Origin: Dictyostelium discoideum
Taxonomy: Eukaryota
Assembly: GCA_000004695.1 (NCBI GenBank)
Contig: CM000151.3
Coordinates: 1,408,001-1,472,000, forward strand
Length of the DNA stretch: 64,000 nt
Direction of reading: 5' to 3'
Shown here piece after piece: positions 28,291 through 43,590 of this stretch. The translations under genes were made by a program, and so were the position numbers. The number at the start of each line of letters is the position of its first letter. Position 1 is the stretch's first letter. The notes under the pieces were generated by a model. It was not told the origin of the DNA. It worked only from the letters and a program-made list of their open reading frames with translations, and ran no database searches.

Positions 28291-29153
28291 TAATTAAATT
28301 TAATAACTTACATATAAATTTGAACCAATATCACAATCATAGAAAAATGGAATTCTTTGAGCATCAGGAGAGTTATCACATTTTTCATTTAATTTTTTAG
28401 TCCATGGTTCTTGACAAGTTTTTGAAGTGGAACTATCAGATTGATATGAACAAACAAGATTTACATTACAATCATATCTATTTGAACAAGCACCATTAAT
28501 TCCACTAGTGGCAACACAAGAGTTTACTCCACCTTTAGAAACACAATTTTCATTAAATTTACAATCTGATGGTGATTTGCATTGTTTATTAGCAATTAAT
28601 GTGCAAATATTTGAACTACATGTTAATAATGCCTCTTGACCTGGAATTGGACTTGCCCAACAATCTGAATCTACACTACATCCTTGACCTGCACTATAAT
28701 TATTAAAATAAAAATAAATAAAATCCAAAATAAAAAAAAATATGGAAAAAATTGTATAAAAAAAAAAAAATGAAATGAAATGGAAAATTAATTTTCATAT
28801 TTTTTTTTTTTTTTTTTTTTTTTCTTGGGGGGGTTTCATTAATATCTTTAATTTTAATTTACTTACATGGAAAAATGATTATTACCACAAACACCATTAA
28901 CACATTGATATGGAGAACATTGGATATTTGAAGTACATGAATCACCCTTGGACAAAGATTGAGTACATTTGCCAATTGGAGCCCCATTGCAATAGGAATT
29001 AAAAGCACAGGAATCTCCTGTTGTATTACAAGTGGATCCAATTGCAACAATTGATGGATCATTGAAACACATAATGGCGGGTGAAATTTGACCAAAGCAT
29101 ATTGATAATGTATTTAAAAACAATAATATTAAAATTATTGTATATTTATTCAT
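27063..29153 (-). CDS. Secreted cysteine-rich protein with an N-terminal signal peptide and a GPI-anchor-like C-terminus, 3 exons: 29153..28867, 28693..28312, 27581..27063 (about 395 aa; internal coordinates +/-1).
   Basis: Exon 1 MNKYTIILILLFLNTLSICFGQ is a signal peptide, followed by a Cys-rich module. There is a GTAAGT donor at 28866-28861. Exon 2 carries 18 Cys in CxxxxDC / CSSNIC-type spacing and ends ...GSNLY with a GTAAGT donor. Exon 3 (CGSQGKCVLNTPSGTCSQCSNSTACKG...) ends NNSSSMIPSIFFAIFFVLTMIILS*. A Ser-rich omega region followed by a hydrophobic tail is the GPI-signal pattern. The track's Met at 28728 is actually a TTG codon, which supports an internal exon. Confidence 0.65.
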
Positions 29154-29623
29154 TTTTTAAATTTTTTAATATTATTTTATTTTTATCTCTATATATATAT
29201 ATTTAATATTATTAATGTTTGTTAATGGTGGTTTAAATTAATGATATGAACTCAATAATTTTTTTTTTTTATTTTATTTTATTTTTTTCATTTTTTTTTA
29301 TTGTAAAAATTTAATTAAAATTAAAATAAAAATAATAATAATTTGCCATTGTTAATGTGTTGGTGGTAAATTTACAAAAATAGAATCTAACTGATTTTAA
29401 TAAAAAAAAAAAAAAAAACTGAAAAATTAAAAAAAAAAAAAGATGGTGGTCAAATCTCATTGATTAGAAAAAAAAAAAAAAATAATAAAACACACTCCAA
29501 TTAAAAAGAATAAAAAAAAAAAAATAATAATAATAATTTTAAATATTAAAATAAAAATAATTATTTTATTTAATTAATTAAAAAAATAGGATAGAGTGAG
29601 AAGAAAAAAAGAGAAAAGAGAGG

Positions 29624-29665
<42 letters not shown>

Positions 29666-32600
29666 TTAATTATTAAATTTTTAAAATTTTAAATTATTAA
29701 ATCACATATTTAGAAAATTAAGAAAAAATAAATTGATATTAAATAAGTTATTTTTAAAGATATAAATAATTGATTAAAATAAAAATATGATTAAAAAAAA
29801 AAAAAAAAAAAAATTGATTATATTTATCGTGTGATGTGAAAAAAATAGGTTTTTTTTTGGTACGAAATTTAATATGATTTTGTTGTTGAAGTTGTGGCTG
29901 GTTGTACAAAAAAAAATAGCAATGGCTAAATAAAAAAAAAAAATAAAAAAAAAAAATAAAATCAAAAATAAAAAAAAAAAAAAAAAAAATTAAATTAAAA
30001 AAAAATATTTATTGTTGATATAGCTTTGATTGCCAAGAATAACGACGTTAAAAAATAAAATTTTAAAAAATAAATCAAAATAATTGTATTATTTTTTAGG
30101 AATATTTGCACCCTTTATGGTCTAAAAGTTTAACGGCAATTAATTCACCACCCACTTGTTTCAATCGAATCTAGATTCGTTTTTTAAAAACGAAATTTGT
30201 GGCGTATTTGGATGATTGAAGCACAACTTTTTTTTTTTTTTTTTTTAATCGTGCCAATTTCAAAATCACTTTTCTCTAACTTTTTCAAATTTTTATTATA
30301 ATCAACGCCAAGCCATCTTCAAAAATGGCTTCTGGACAACCAATTCAAATAATCTTTTTTTTGGGATTTTGGATTTATGAACCAAATGAGCTCAAAAAAA
30401 AATTAAAAACAAAATTATTGGTCGCCCAATAATATCTCACGATAAATAAAAAGTGGTTGGCTGGTTGGCCGGCTGTTGTTGACAATAAAAAAATATTCAA
30501 TAAAAAGTGTATTTTTTTATCAAAATGATCATAAACATTTTATTTTAATTTTATTTTATTTTTTTAATTTTATATTTTTTTTTTTTTTTCTTTTTTTTCT
30601 TTTATTTTATTTTTTTTTTTTTTTAATTTTAAAAAAAAAAATAGCATACAATGATTAAAGAAAATTTTTTTTGAAGATTTTTTATTCACCAATATTACTT
30701 TTAAAATTTTTTTTTCAATTTTTTTTCTTTGCATCCTTTGATCCTCACCCTCATACCAACACAAATTTTCTATTGGTTTTTTGTCAAAATTAAAAAAAAA
30801 ATTAGAAAAAAAAAATCACTGCCCCCTCGTCAGTAAAATATTTTTTTTTAAAAAAAAAAAAAAAAAAAAATAAAAAAGGGCGCTAAAAATAAAACTTGTT
30901 TAAAAATATCTCCTCCTTGTTTTTCAAAAATGAATTTTTTAATCTCATATGAAAGGTACAAGGGTTGAAATAATCACGCTATATTATATTTTTTTTCTAT
31001 TTTTTTTGGGCGAGACATGGGTCATATGAGAAAAAAAAAAAAAAAAAAAAAAAAATAACTTTATTGATATCAAGTGAACGTGTTCTTTTTTTTATTTATT
31101 TTTATTTTTATTTTTTTTTTTTTAAAAAAAACTAAGCAAAACGATTAGTCATATCCTGTTCAAATTTTTGGTTTTTGGATTTTTTTTTTTTTTTTTTTAT
31201 TTTTATTTTTATTTTACTTTTTTTTTTTTTTTTTATTTTATTTTTTATTTATTTTTTTTTTTTTGGGTTATTTTATTTTTTTTAATCACAAATTGTCTCT
31301 CCAATTATTTTCTTAAATCACAAAAAAAAAAAACCCCCCATTTTTTTGTCCTCAACACCAGTATGTATAAAAATGATCATTTACAATCAATAAATTTTAA
31401 ATTATAACAATATTTTATAATTAGATCAATTAAAATAATTTAATTATTTAGATAAATAATTTTAGATTTATTTAAATCTAAATAATTTTAAATAATAGAT
31501 AAATTAAATAAACAAATAAAATAAATAATTAAATAAATATATAAATAAATAAATAAATATAAATAATTGAATATAAATAATTAAATAATTAAATATATAA
31601 ATAAATATATAAACAAATAAATAATAATAAATAAATAAATAAATAAAAAAATAAAAAAAAATAAATTAATAAAAAAATAAATAAATAAATAAATAAATAC
31701 GAATATAAATAAACACGAATATAAATAAAAAAAACTAAATAATAAAATAGTAAAAATAATTAAAATATATCAATAGACATGTTAAATAATTAAAAATTCA
31801 AACTAAATTTTAATAATTGTGATAATATTAATTAATATTTAATTTTATTTTAATATATATAAATTTTTTTTTTTTCTTTTTTTCTTTTTTTTCTCTTTTC
31901 TTTTTTCTCTTTTCTTTTTTATCATTTCTTAAAACAATTATTCACATTCCATATGAATATATTTATTTTTTTTTTTTTTTTATTTTTAAAATACTCAAAT
32001 TTTATCTCAATGATTTTTTTTATAGAAAAAACTATGATTTAATATTTGATGTGAGGAAATACGTAAATCTTTTTTTTTTTTTTTTTTTTTTTTTTATTAA
32101 TTAATTTTTTTTTATTTTTTTATTTTTTTTTTTTTAAAAAAAGTGATTTTAGTTTTTTTTTTTTCTAAATCTGCCCCAAATAAAATGATTTGAAATGATT
32201 CTCTTAATGATTTTGTCTAAATAAAATAATAAAAAAAAATTAAAAAAAAAAATTAAAAAAAAAACAAAGCAAACTGCCAAAAAATGATATCTGAGAAAGC
32301 CAAAAAAAAAAAAAAAAAATGGTCGGTATATCTAAAAGATCTAATTTTGAGAAAATTAAAAAAAAAAAAAAAATTAAAATAAATTTTTTAAAAAAAAGTT
32401 TTGGTTTGAAGACTGATTAAATGATTTTTTAGTAAATCAAAAAAACCCAAAAAAAAACCAAAAAAAAAAAAAAATAAAAAAAAAAATAAAAAATCAAAAA
32501 TTATTTGCCATGGTTTAAAAAAAAATGGTTATTGGGCCAATTTAAAAAATTATTGGTGGCCATAAACGCACAAAAAATCTGAGAAAAGAAAAAAAAAAAA

Positions 32601-33326
32601 AAAAAGAAGTACTGTTATAAAAAATTTGCTCAGTTCCTTAATTTTACACAAACAAGATATGATCTTCGCACTCCTGGAAGCTGATTGGTTGTTTTCGTTG
32701 TTGCTTTCCTCTCTGGACCCCCTTCAAAAATAATCAGAAAAAAAAAATTATAAAAATAAATAAAAAATAAAAATAAAAAAAATTTCAAAATATCTTTTCC
32801 TTGTTTTCCAAAACTCAACTCTTTTTTTTTTCTTTTTTTTTTATTATAATTTATTTTATTTTAATTTTTTTTTTTGTATTGGTGATGAATTTTGTGTAGG
32901 TGAAAGGCTGAAAATGATTGCGGCTTCTTTTTTTTTCTAATTTTGTTTTCTTTTATTTTCTTTTCAAGTTTTTGATTTTTTAAATAATTTATTTAGTTTT
33001 TTTTTTTTTTTTTTTATTATTTTTTTTTTTTTTTTATCCCTTGCCAAATTTTTTTTTTTTTTATATTGTTATTGTTTTCTTTCATCTTCCAATTTTGAAC
33101 TTGGTAAATAAGTAAGTAGAATTATTTTTTTTAAGATTTTATTTTTGTGATTTAGTTTATTTTATAATTGCAATCTAAAAAATATATCAATATAAATAAA
33201 ATAAAATAAAAAAAAATAAATAAAATATATAAAAAAAAAAAAAAAAAATAACAATTAATAAATAAATAAAAAAAAAAAAAATAAATAAATAAATAAATAA
33301 ATAAAAAAATAAAAAAATTAATAATA

Positions 33327-33390
<64 letters not shown>

Positions 33391-33446
33391 AATAATAAAA
33401 ATAATAATAAAAAAAAAGGAAAATAAAAATAAAAATAAAAATAAAA

Positions 33447-33485
<39 letters not shown>

Positions 33486-33892
33486 GGTACCAATCAAAAC
33501 ACCCTATTCAAATAAATCATTTAATTCGTTTAAAGTATTCTTGAATTTCAAGAGACTTCTTTATTTTAAAGACATATAATCCCAATAAAAAATCTGTACT
33601 TCTCAGGGCACCCTCGTGTAATTTGAAAATTTTCATAAAAAAAAAAAAAAAAAATTTCATAAAAAAAAAATAAAAAAAAATAAAAACAATTAGAAAAAAA
33701 AAAAATTTCACAATCAGTGATGATAAATATGTCCCTTGGGTTGTGTTTATTTTTTACCAATTTGTGAATCTTTCAAAAAAAAAAAATTTTAATAAAAAAA
33801 AAAAAAACAAAACACCCACCTTAATTTTTTATTTCATTTGAAGTTTGTAAGATATATAAAAAAAAAAAAAATAAAAATAAAAATAAAAAAAT

Positions 33893-33984
<92 letters not shown>

Positions 33985-34065
33985 TATAAAAAAATATTAT
34001 TATTAATAATAAGCTTTTTTCAATTAAATGTTTTAAAAATCATAAATAACAATAATCACTTTTAT

Positions 34066-34114
<49 letters not shown>

Positions 34115-34938
34115 CTAAATAATTAATTAAGCTACATCCGACCAAAAAAAAAAATAAAAAAAAAACCTAAAAAAAAAAAAAAAAAAATAAAACAATAATA
34201 AAAATAATAATAAATTAAAAAATGTATTATATTTACCATTACTGCATACTAAAAATAGTAGCATTCATAAATACACCTTTTTTCATTCTTTCTCTACTAA
34301 AAATGCAGAGTGGTCATAGTAATAACAACACCAACATAACATTTTGATAAAAACAAAAACCAAAAAAAAAAAAAAAAAAACAAAACAAAATAATAAACCT
34401 TTATTATCGCACACTCACGCTAAATATACAAATTTGATTTTATTTTATTTATTTTTATTTTTTTAATTTTTTTTTGTGTGTTTTTTTTTTTTTTTGTGTT
34501 TTCAAACACAACTTAAGTGGTAGATTTACTGCTATACTTTTCCAAAATAGCAGTAAATCCAATTTTTTTTTTTTTTTTTTTTTAAATTTATTATAATATA
34601 AATATTTTTTTTCATTCCAAATTTGTATTTTTTTTTTTTTCTCTCTATTTACTCCCCCCAGCATAGTACTGTTTGGTTGACTTTTTTTTTTTTTTTATTT
34701 TTTTTTTTTTTATTTTATTTTTTTATTTATTTTATAATTATTTTTTTTAAATTTTTTTTTATATCATAATTATATTTTTATTTTTCCTGTTACTCTTTTC
34801 CAATATTAACAATTTTTATTTTTTTATTTTTTTTTATTTTTTTTTTATAAAAATTTTCCGAAATCTAGAAAAAATTTTCCAAAATCCAAAAATAAAAAGT
34901 TATTTCTATAAAAAGAAAAAAATAAAAAATAAAAAAAA

Positions 34939-37940
<3,002 letters not shown>

Positions 37941-38098
37941 TAATGGGAATAAAAGAAAAAAAAAAAACAAATAATAAAAATAATAATAAAAGCAATACAA
38001 TAATAGTAAACGTTTAAAACAATGAATTAACATTGATATAATAATTTCCAGGTTGTTTTTTATTTTTGTCTTTTTTTTATTTTTATCATTTGTTATTA

Positions 38099-38146
<48 letters not shown>

Positions 38147-38831
38147 GGATTTTTATAAATTATAAAAGAGTGATAGAGGGGAAAGCCATATAATATTGGA
38201 TTTATTTTTGTATTATTAGAACATCACTGGTTGAAATATAAATATTTATTTGATTTTGTTTATGTATTTTTCAACTTTTTTTTGAAATTATACTTTAAGA
38301 ATATTTTTTTTTCCAATATTTTTTTTTTTTTTTTTTTTTTTTACATTTAATCTATAAATAAAAAATTAGGTTAGGGCTTTTATTTAGAAAAAACTAAGAT
38401 TATAATAAAATGATACCCCCTTTACTTTCCTTATTTTGAATATTTTCAGATTTGGCAATTTCTTTTTTTGACTATTAGATTTTACTTAAAATAGTAAAAA
38501 TTCCTTTTTTTAATTTCAATTAATTTTTAAATTGAAAAATGATTCAGTATAAATAGAATAAACTTTTTGAAAAAAAAAAAAAAAATAATCACTCAAAAAA
38601 ATGAAAAAAAAATAACAAATAGAAAAGAAAAGTAAACCCAACTCTAAAAATTAAAAAAGGTTTAGATAAAAGTTGACAGTCTAAAATAAAAAAAAGAAAA
38701 AGGGTAAAGTGATTGAAAAAAAATATAATAAAAAAATAAATAGCAATCTAACTTTATATTATTATTATTATTTATATAGTAATTTCCAAATGAAAAGGTT
38801 TTACATTCAATTATAATCTAAATAATAATAT

Positions 38832-39010
38832 ATGAATCAATACCAATCAAATGATATAGAAAGGAAAGATTTATCTATGCACTATATCATAAAGAAAGGT
38901 TGATCATCATATAAATTTTATTTTCTAAAGTAATAAAATGAATCAATATCAATCAAATGTCAGAGAAAGGAAAGATTTATCTATGCACTATGGCATTTTG
39001 AAAGGATGAT
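38832..39010. repeat. Tandem direct repeat, two copies of a ~107-bp unit at ~80% identity.
   Basis: Copy 1 is TGAATCAATACCAATCAAATGATATAGAAAGGAAAGATTTATCTATGCACTATATCATAAAGAAAGG. Copy 2 is TGAATCAATATCAATCAAATGTCAGAGAAAGGAAAGATTTATCTATGCACTATGGCATTTTGAAAGG. Confidence 0.8.
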
Positions 39011-39077
39011 GATATCATTTATAAAAAATTAGAAACCAAAAAACCAAAAATAAAATAAAAAAAAAGCTTTAATAAAA

Positions 39078-39082
<5 letters not shown>

Positions 39083-39175
<93 letters not shown>

Positions 39176-39180
39176 CATTA
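39083..39180. repeat. (TA)n dinucleotide microsatellite of about 49 units.
   Basis: Uninterrupted ATATAT... tract. Confidence 0.95.
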
Positions 39181-40436
39181 TTGTTTAAAAAACCAATTTA
39201 ATTATTTTAAAAAATAAAAATAAAAAACTACATCCTTTTTTGTATTATTAATAAAAATTCAAATTCAATTGGACTAGAATTAACCAACCGGCGCTAAATC
39301 GAGTGGTGGTTGTGGAGGAAAAGGTGATCAAATAATCATGGTCGTGGTAATGGTCATGGCCACATAGCCAGGCGGTAAAGGTTCAGGAGGTTCAACAATT
39401 GTAGTTGTTAATATTTAATACTTTGAATATTACTACAATTGTAATAATAAATTATTTAAAATAAAAATCGCACCTATTAATTTTTTTTTTTTAAAAAATA
39501 ATAATCTTTTATTTTTATTTCTATTTATCTATTTATTAAATTTAAAAAGGTTACAATTTCATTGCACAATTAGTATCTTATTTATTCGTGAATTTAAAAA
39601 TTATATTTCTTAATTTATCCCTGAATTAAAAAATTATTAACCTCTGATTAAACTTGATCAATTCTTTTATCATCTGTACTCTAAAGATTTACTACAGGAG
39701 TTGAGCCTTGATAAATGTTATAATTATTATTATTATTTTTTTTTTTATTTTTATTTTTTTTTTTAATGCATGTGGGTATTAAAAAATTTATCAGGTAAAC
39801 ATCCCAATGAATTTATTACCTCTGGGAGATTTTGTTTGTGTATATTTTTTAATTTGTTTCTTCTTACTATGAGGAAAACAAATAATAAAAAAATACCAAT
39901 AAGAAACATAATTTGATAAAGACTAAAATTTAAATCGAAACCAATCATTTTAATATTAAAATCAAAAATTGGTTAAAAGTTAAAATAAAAAAAAAAAAAT
40001 TGATTTTTTTTTTTTCTCAAAAATCCCTCAAACAACAAAAAAAAAAAAAAAATAAAAAAAAAAATCTTTTTTTTTTTTTTAATTTTTCATTTTTTTTATC
40101 ACTTAAAAACGTTTCCTAATCCTTTAAATTAAATTCATAGTCGACCAATAGATCAAACAAAATATAAATTAGAAAAATAAACAAATAGAATAATGTGTCA
40201 ACCAGTAGTAGCTACATTTAAGAAATCAACTGTACATGTAAGTACTTTAGATATAAATAAATATATATATATATACATATATGCATTGACACCAACCCCT
40301 TTGTTATTATTTTAAAAGATATATAGAGACTGTATTAGATTAGCAAGATATATAGGTGATATGGTAATTATCAATTAATATTTTTTTTTTTATTTTGTAA
40401 AAGCAACACATTTTATTGAAAAAAAAAAAAAAGTAA

Positions 40437-40479
<43 letters not shown>

Positions 40480-40626
40480 AAATGGTAAATGTTGCTTTTA
40501 CAAAATAAAGATAAAATGTACACAGATAAACAAAAATAATAATCATTTGGAAAAGCATATTAATATTGATTATTATTTTATTTTATTGTTTTTAAAAAAT
40601 AAAAAAAGAATGGGCATGCCAAAAAT

Positions 40627-40892
40627 ATGTCCAAACAAGTTCGTATAGTATTTAGAACAAATCAATTTGAAATTGATCCAAAGAAAATAGAAGAACAAAA
40701 AACAGAGTAAGTAATAAAAAAAAAAAAAAGGAAAAAAAAAAGGAAAACAAATTAACTAAACACTTTTTAAACAAAATAGTGCTGTCCGTTTTTTAACAAA
40801 TTTTATGCAACATGAAGCAGAAAGAATGGCAAGAAGTCAAAAGAAAGCAGCATCTGAATCAACCCAAACTCCAAGAACAAGATCAACTCTTG

Positions 40893-40897
<5 letters not shown>
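40627..40897 (+). CDS. Small hypothetical protein (about 65 aa), 2 exons: 40627..40706 and 40780..40897. Upstream exons at 40193..40237 and an extension to 40609 are possible.
   Basis: MSKQVRIVFRTNQFEIDPKKIEEQKT then a GTAAGT donor at 40707 (phase 2). A CAAAATAG acceptor gives DAVRFLTNFMQHEAERMARSQKKAASESTQTPRTRSTLD*. The composition is non-repetitive and the splice signals are canonical. A possible first exon MCQPVVATFKKSTVH followed by GTAAGT lies 390 bp upstream. I do not recognise the family. Confidence 0.4.
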
Positions 40898-40930
<33 letters not shown>

Positions 40931-41218
40931 AAAATATATAAAACAAACTCTTGGTAGGGTTTAAAAAACAAAATAAAACCAAACAAAAAATATAAATATA
41001 ATTTATAAAATCTTAATTATTGTAACACTTTAGATCTTTTTTTTTTTTTTTTTTTTCTTTTAAAATTTTTTTTATTATTACTTTTTTTCTTTTTTTTTTT
41101 TTTGTTTTGTTTTTCTTTTTTTTTTTTTTTTTTTTTTTCTGGTTTAATTTAAATTGATTTATGTATATGAATTATTTTTTTTATTATTATTTAATATTAT
41201 TATTAATTTTACTATTTC

Positions 41219-41665
41219 TTATTTATTTTGTGGATTTGCAATAGCATTGAAGAATTTACCAGGTCTGTACATTCTAGAAAGTCTAATTAATTTTTCTTGA
41301 ATTGGGGTAGTTGTAACATTTAAATCTTTCAAAGTTAATGCACCAACAGTAGTGGTCATATCTTGATTATGATAATCGATTTGATCTTTAATGAAATTTG
41401 GATTACGAGCGAATCTTTCTAATAAATGTTCAGAGATGAATTTCATGAAATCATTTGAAACTGGAATATTTAATTTACTGTATTGAGCTGTACCATCAAT
41501 AATCATATCTAAAAATTCATCCCATGTAAATACTTCATCACCTGCAAATTCATAAACTTTACCACTTGTACCTGGTGTTTCCAAAATTGATAAAATACCA
41601 CTTGCTAAATCGTAACACTATTGTAAAAAAAAAAAAAATGATAATAAAAAAAAAGAGTATTAATA

Positions 41666-41740
<75 letters not shown>

Positions 41741-42573
41741 TTTTCATTACAATAATAATAATAATAAAAATGATATTTACATGAAGTGGTTGAATTTTAT
41801 GTTGTTGATTATATCTTGGAATGAATGGCCAATTTTGAGAGACTTTTGACCATTTGTTAATGAATTTATCTTCATCACCAAAGATGATTGATGGTCTAAC
41901 TACTGTACAATTTGGAATGATTTCTCTTGTTAATTTTTCACCGATTGCTTTTGAACGTGAAAAATGGGATGGAGAGTCTTCGGATGCTCTCAAGGTTGAT
42001 ACGTGAATGTATTTCTCAACATTTTTACTTAAATCAGCGATACGAGATGCTGCATGAACATTGATATCGTCGAGTGAGAAATTACGAGTTTCATAATCAC
42101 GACCAGCCATATTGATGACAATGTTTGAGTGTGAAATTGCTCTTTCAATTGATTCGCTATCTCTAATATCGAAACGAACTGGAATGATTTGACCTAATTC
42201 GCCCAACACCTTGAGATCACGAAAACCTTCATCTTCACATCTGTATGGTACAACTACTTGAATACCTGTACGTGCTAATAATTGTACTAAATATCTACCA
42301 GTGAATCCTGTTGCTCCAAATACTGTTGCTACTAATCCTGTTGTTTGTGTACGTGAACCATGATGAATTCTTGTTAATGGATTTTCATTAATTGTTGAAA
42401 ATGATCTCTAAATAATAATAATAATAATATTAAAAAAAAAGTTTTTTTTTTTTATTTTAATATTTTTATAATGAAAAGAAAAAAGTTTTATTATTTTTAT
42501 TATTAAGATAAGGTAATATATATTTTACCTTATTTATAAGAGATGGAAATCCTTTTGAAAGATTCTTTAACAT
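41219..42573 (-). CDS. ndufa9: NADH dehydrogenase (ubiquinone) 1 alpha subcomplex subunit 9 (complex I 39-kDa, NAD(P)-binding) homolog, 3 exons: 42573..42529, 42407..41781, 41617..41219 (356 aa).
   Basis: Exon 2 reads ...[87 protein letters not shown]...KYIHVSTLRA...SKAIGEKLTREIIPNCTVVRPSIIFGDEDKFIN. It is collinear with human NDUFA9 [35 protein letters not shown]...MGDLGQLLFLEWDARD...HSNVVINLIGRDWETKNF...KFIHVSHLNA...[33 protein letters not shown]. Donors are GTAAAA and GTAAAT, all phase 0. Intron 2 contains a pure (ATT)n tract. Confidence 0.88.
41665..41743. repeat. (ATT)n microsatellite of about 26 units inside intron 2 of the NDUFA9 gene.
   Basis: Uninterrupted ATTATT... tract between the donor at 41780 and the acceptor at 41618. 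Confidence 0.9.
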
Positions 42574-43072
42574 TTTAAATATTTAAATAAATTTTGATTG
42601 TGAGCTCACAAAAAAAAAAAAAAAAATAATAAAAAAAAATAAAAAATAAATAAAAAAAAAAAAAATGAAAAATTGAAAAAAAAAAAATGAAAAAAAAAAG
42701 TGAAAAAAAAAAAAAAAAAAAAAAATGTATATTGACAAAAACATTCAAATCAGATATCCAATTTTTTTTTTTCCAAATTTTTTTTCATTTATTTCATTTT
42801 TTTTTTTTTTTTTTTTTTAATTTTTAATTTGGATTTGGTATAGATAAATAGAACACTCAAAAATACACAAAATGATATAAAATATATAAAAAACGAATGT
42901 AATTATAATAATAATAATAATTACATTCGTTTTTTTTTTTTTTTTTTTTTTCATCAAAAAATTTTTTTTTTAGTATTTAATTAAATTGTTTTATTTTTAT
43001 TTTTTTTAATAAATGATAGTATTGGTGGTAGTGGTAGTGAGGATTTTATTAATAGTATTGGCATCCATCCAT

Positions 43073-43103
<31 letters not shown>

Positions 43104-43540
43104 ACAATTCGACATAATCTTATATCTGGTAGTGAAAAGATAATGGTTCAATAGAATTTTTGAATCAATTAAAAGTAATCATTCCTTCCATGTTATCATT
43201 CATCTCACTTGGCAAGAAGAAGAGTTTTGATTGATGTTTCAATAAATGTTAGAAACAAAATCAAGAGTTTAATAAAAAAAGTTATAAATTTAGGATACAA
43301 ACCATTTTATTTATAAGGTTAAAAAAAAAAAAAAAAACCTTATAAATCCATCAAAGACAGAAAAAAATATTATTGTTTGTTTAAAATAAAATAAAATAAA
43401 TAAAAAAATAAAAAAATAAAAAAAATAAATAAAAAATCATATTAAGTCATAGTGTTTATATATCATATTTACCCATAAACCAAAAATGGAGTTATATTTT
43501 AATCAAAATTTTAATTTTTTATTTTTGAAAAAAAAATTTT

Positions 43541-43584
43541 CTGGTGCAAGCCAAAAAAACATGCACTGGTTGTGGTGGTGGTTA

Positions 43585-43590
<6 letters not shown>
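43541..43590 (+). ncRNA. Candidate small non-coding RNA (~45-50 nt) downstream of a DUSE-like element. Speculative.
   Basis: ACCCATAA at 43471-43478 matches the Dictyostelium upstream sequence element seen ~60 bp upstream of snRNA and class I RNA genes. About 63 bp downstream, a GC-richer segment CTGGTGCAAGCCAAAAAAACATGCACTGGTTGTGGTGGTGGTTA can fold with an 8-bp stem (CUGGUGCA/UGCACUGG). It is followed by T35, a Pol III-type terminator. Confidence 0.3.

Noticed and set aside
28726-28728. The M at the head of ORF 28300..28728.
   Set aside because: The codon is TTG, so the ORF track allows alternative starts. The sequence is an internal exon entered through a TATAG acceptor at 28694.
39763-39948. 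61-aa minus-strand ORF (MIGFDLNFSLYQIMFLIGIFLLFVFLIVRRNKLKN...) with a single TM helix.
   Set aside because: It could be a genuine small membrane protein. It has no supporting splice context or homology that I can see, and it falls within AT-rich sequence where such ORFs arise by chance.
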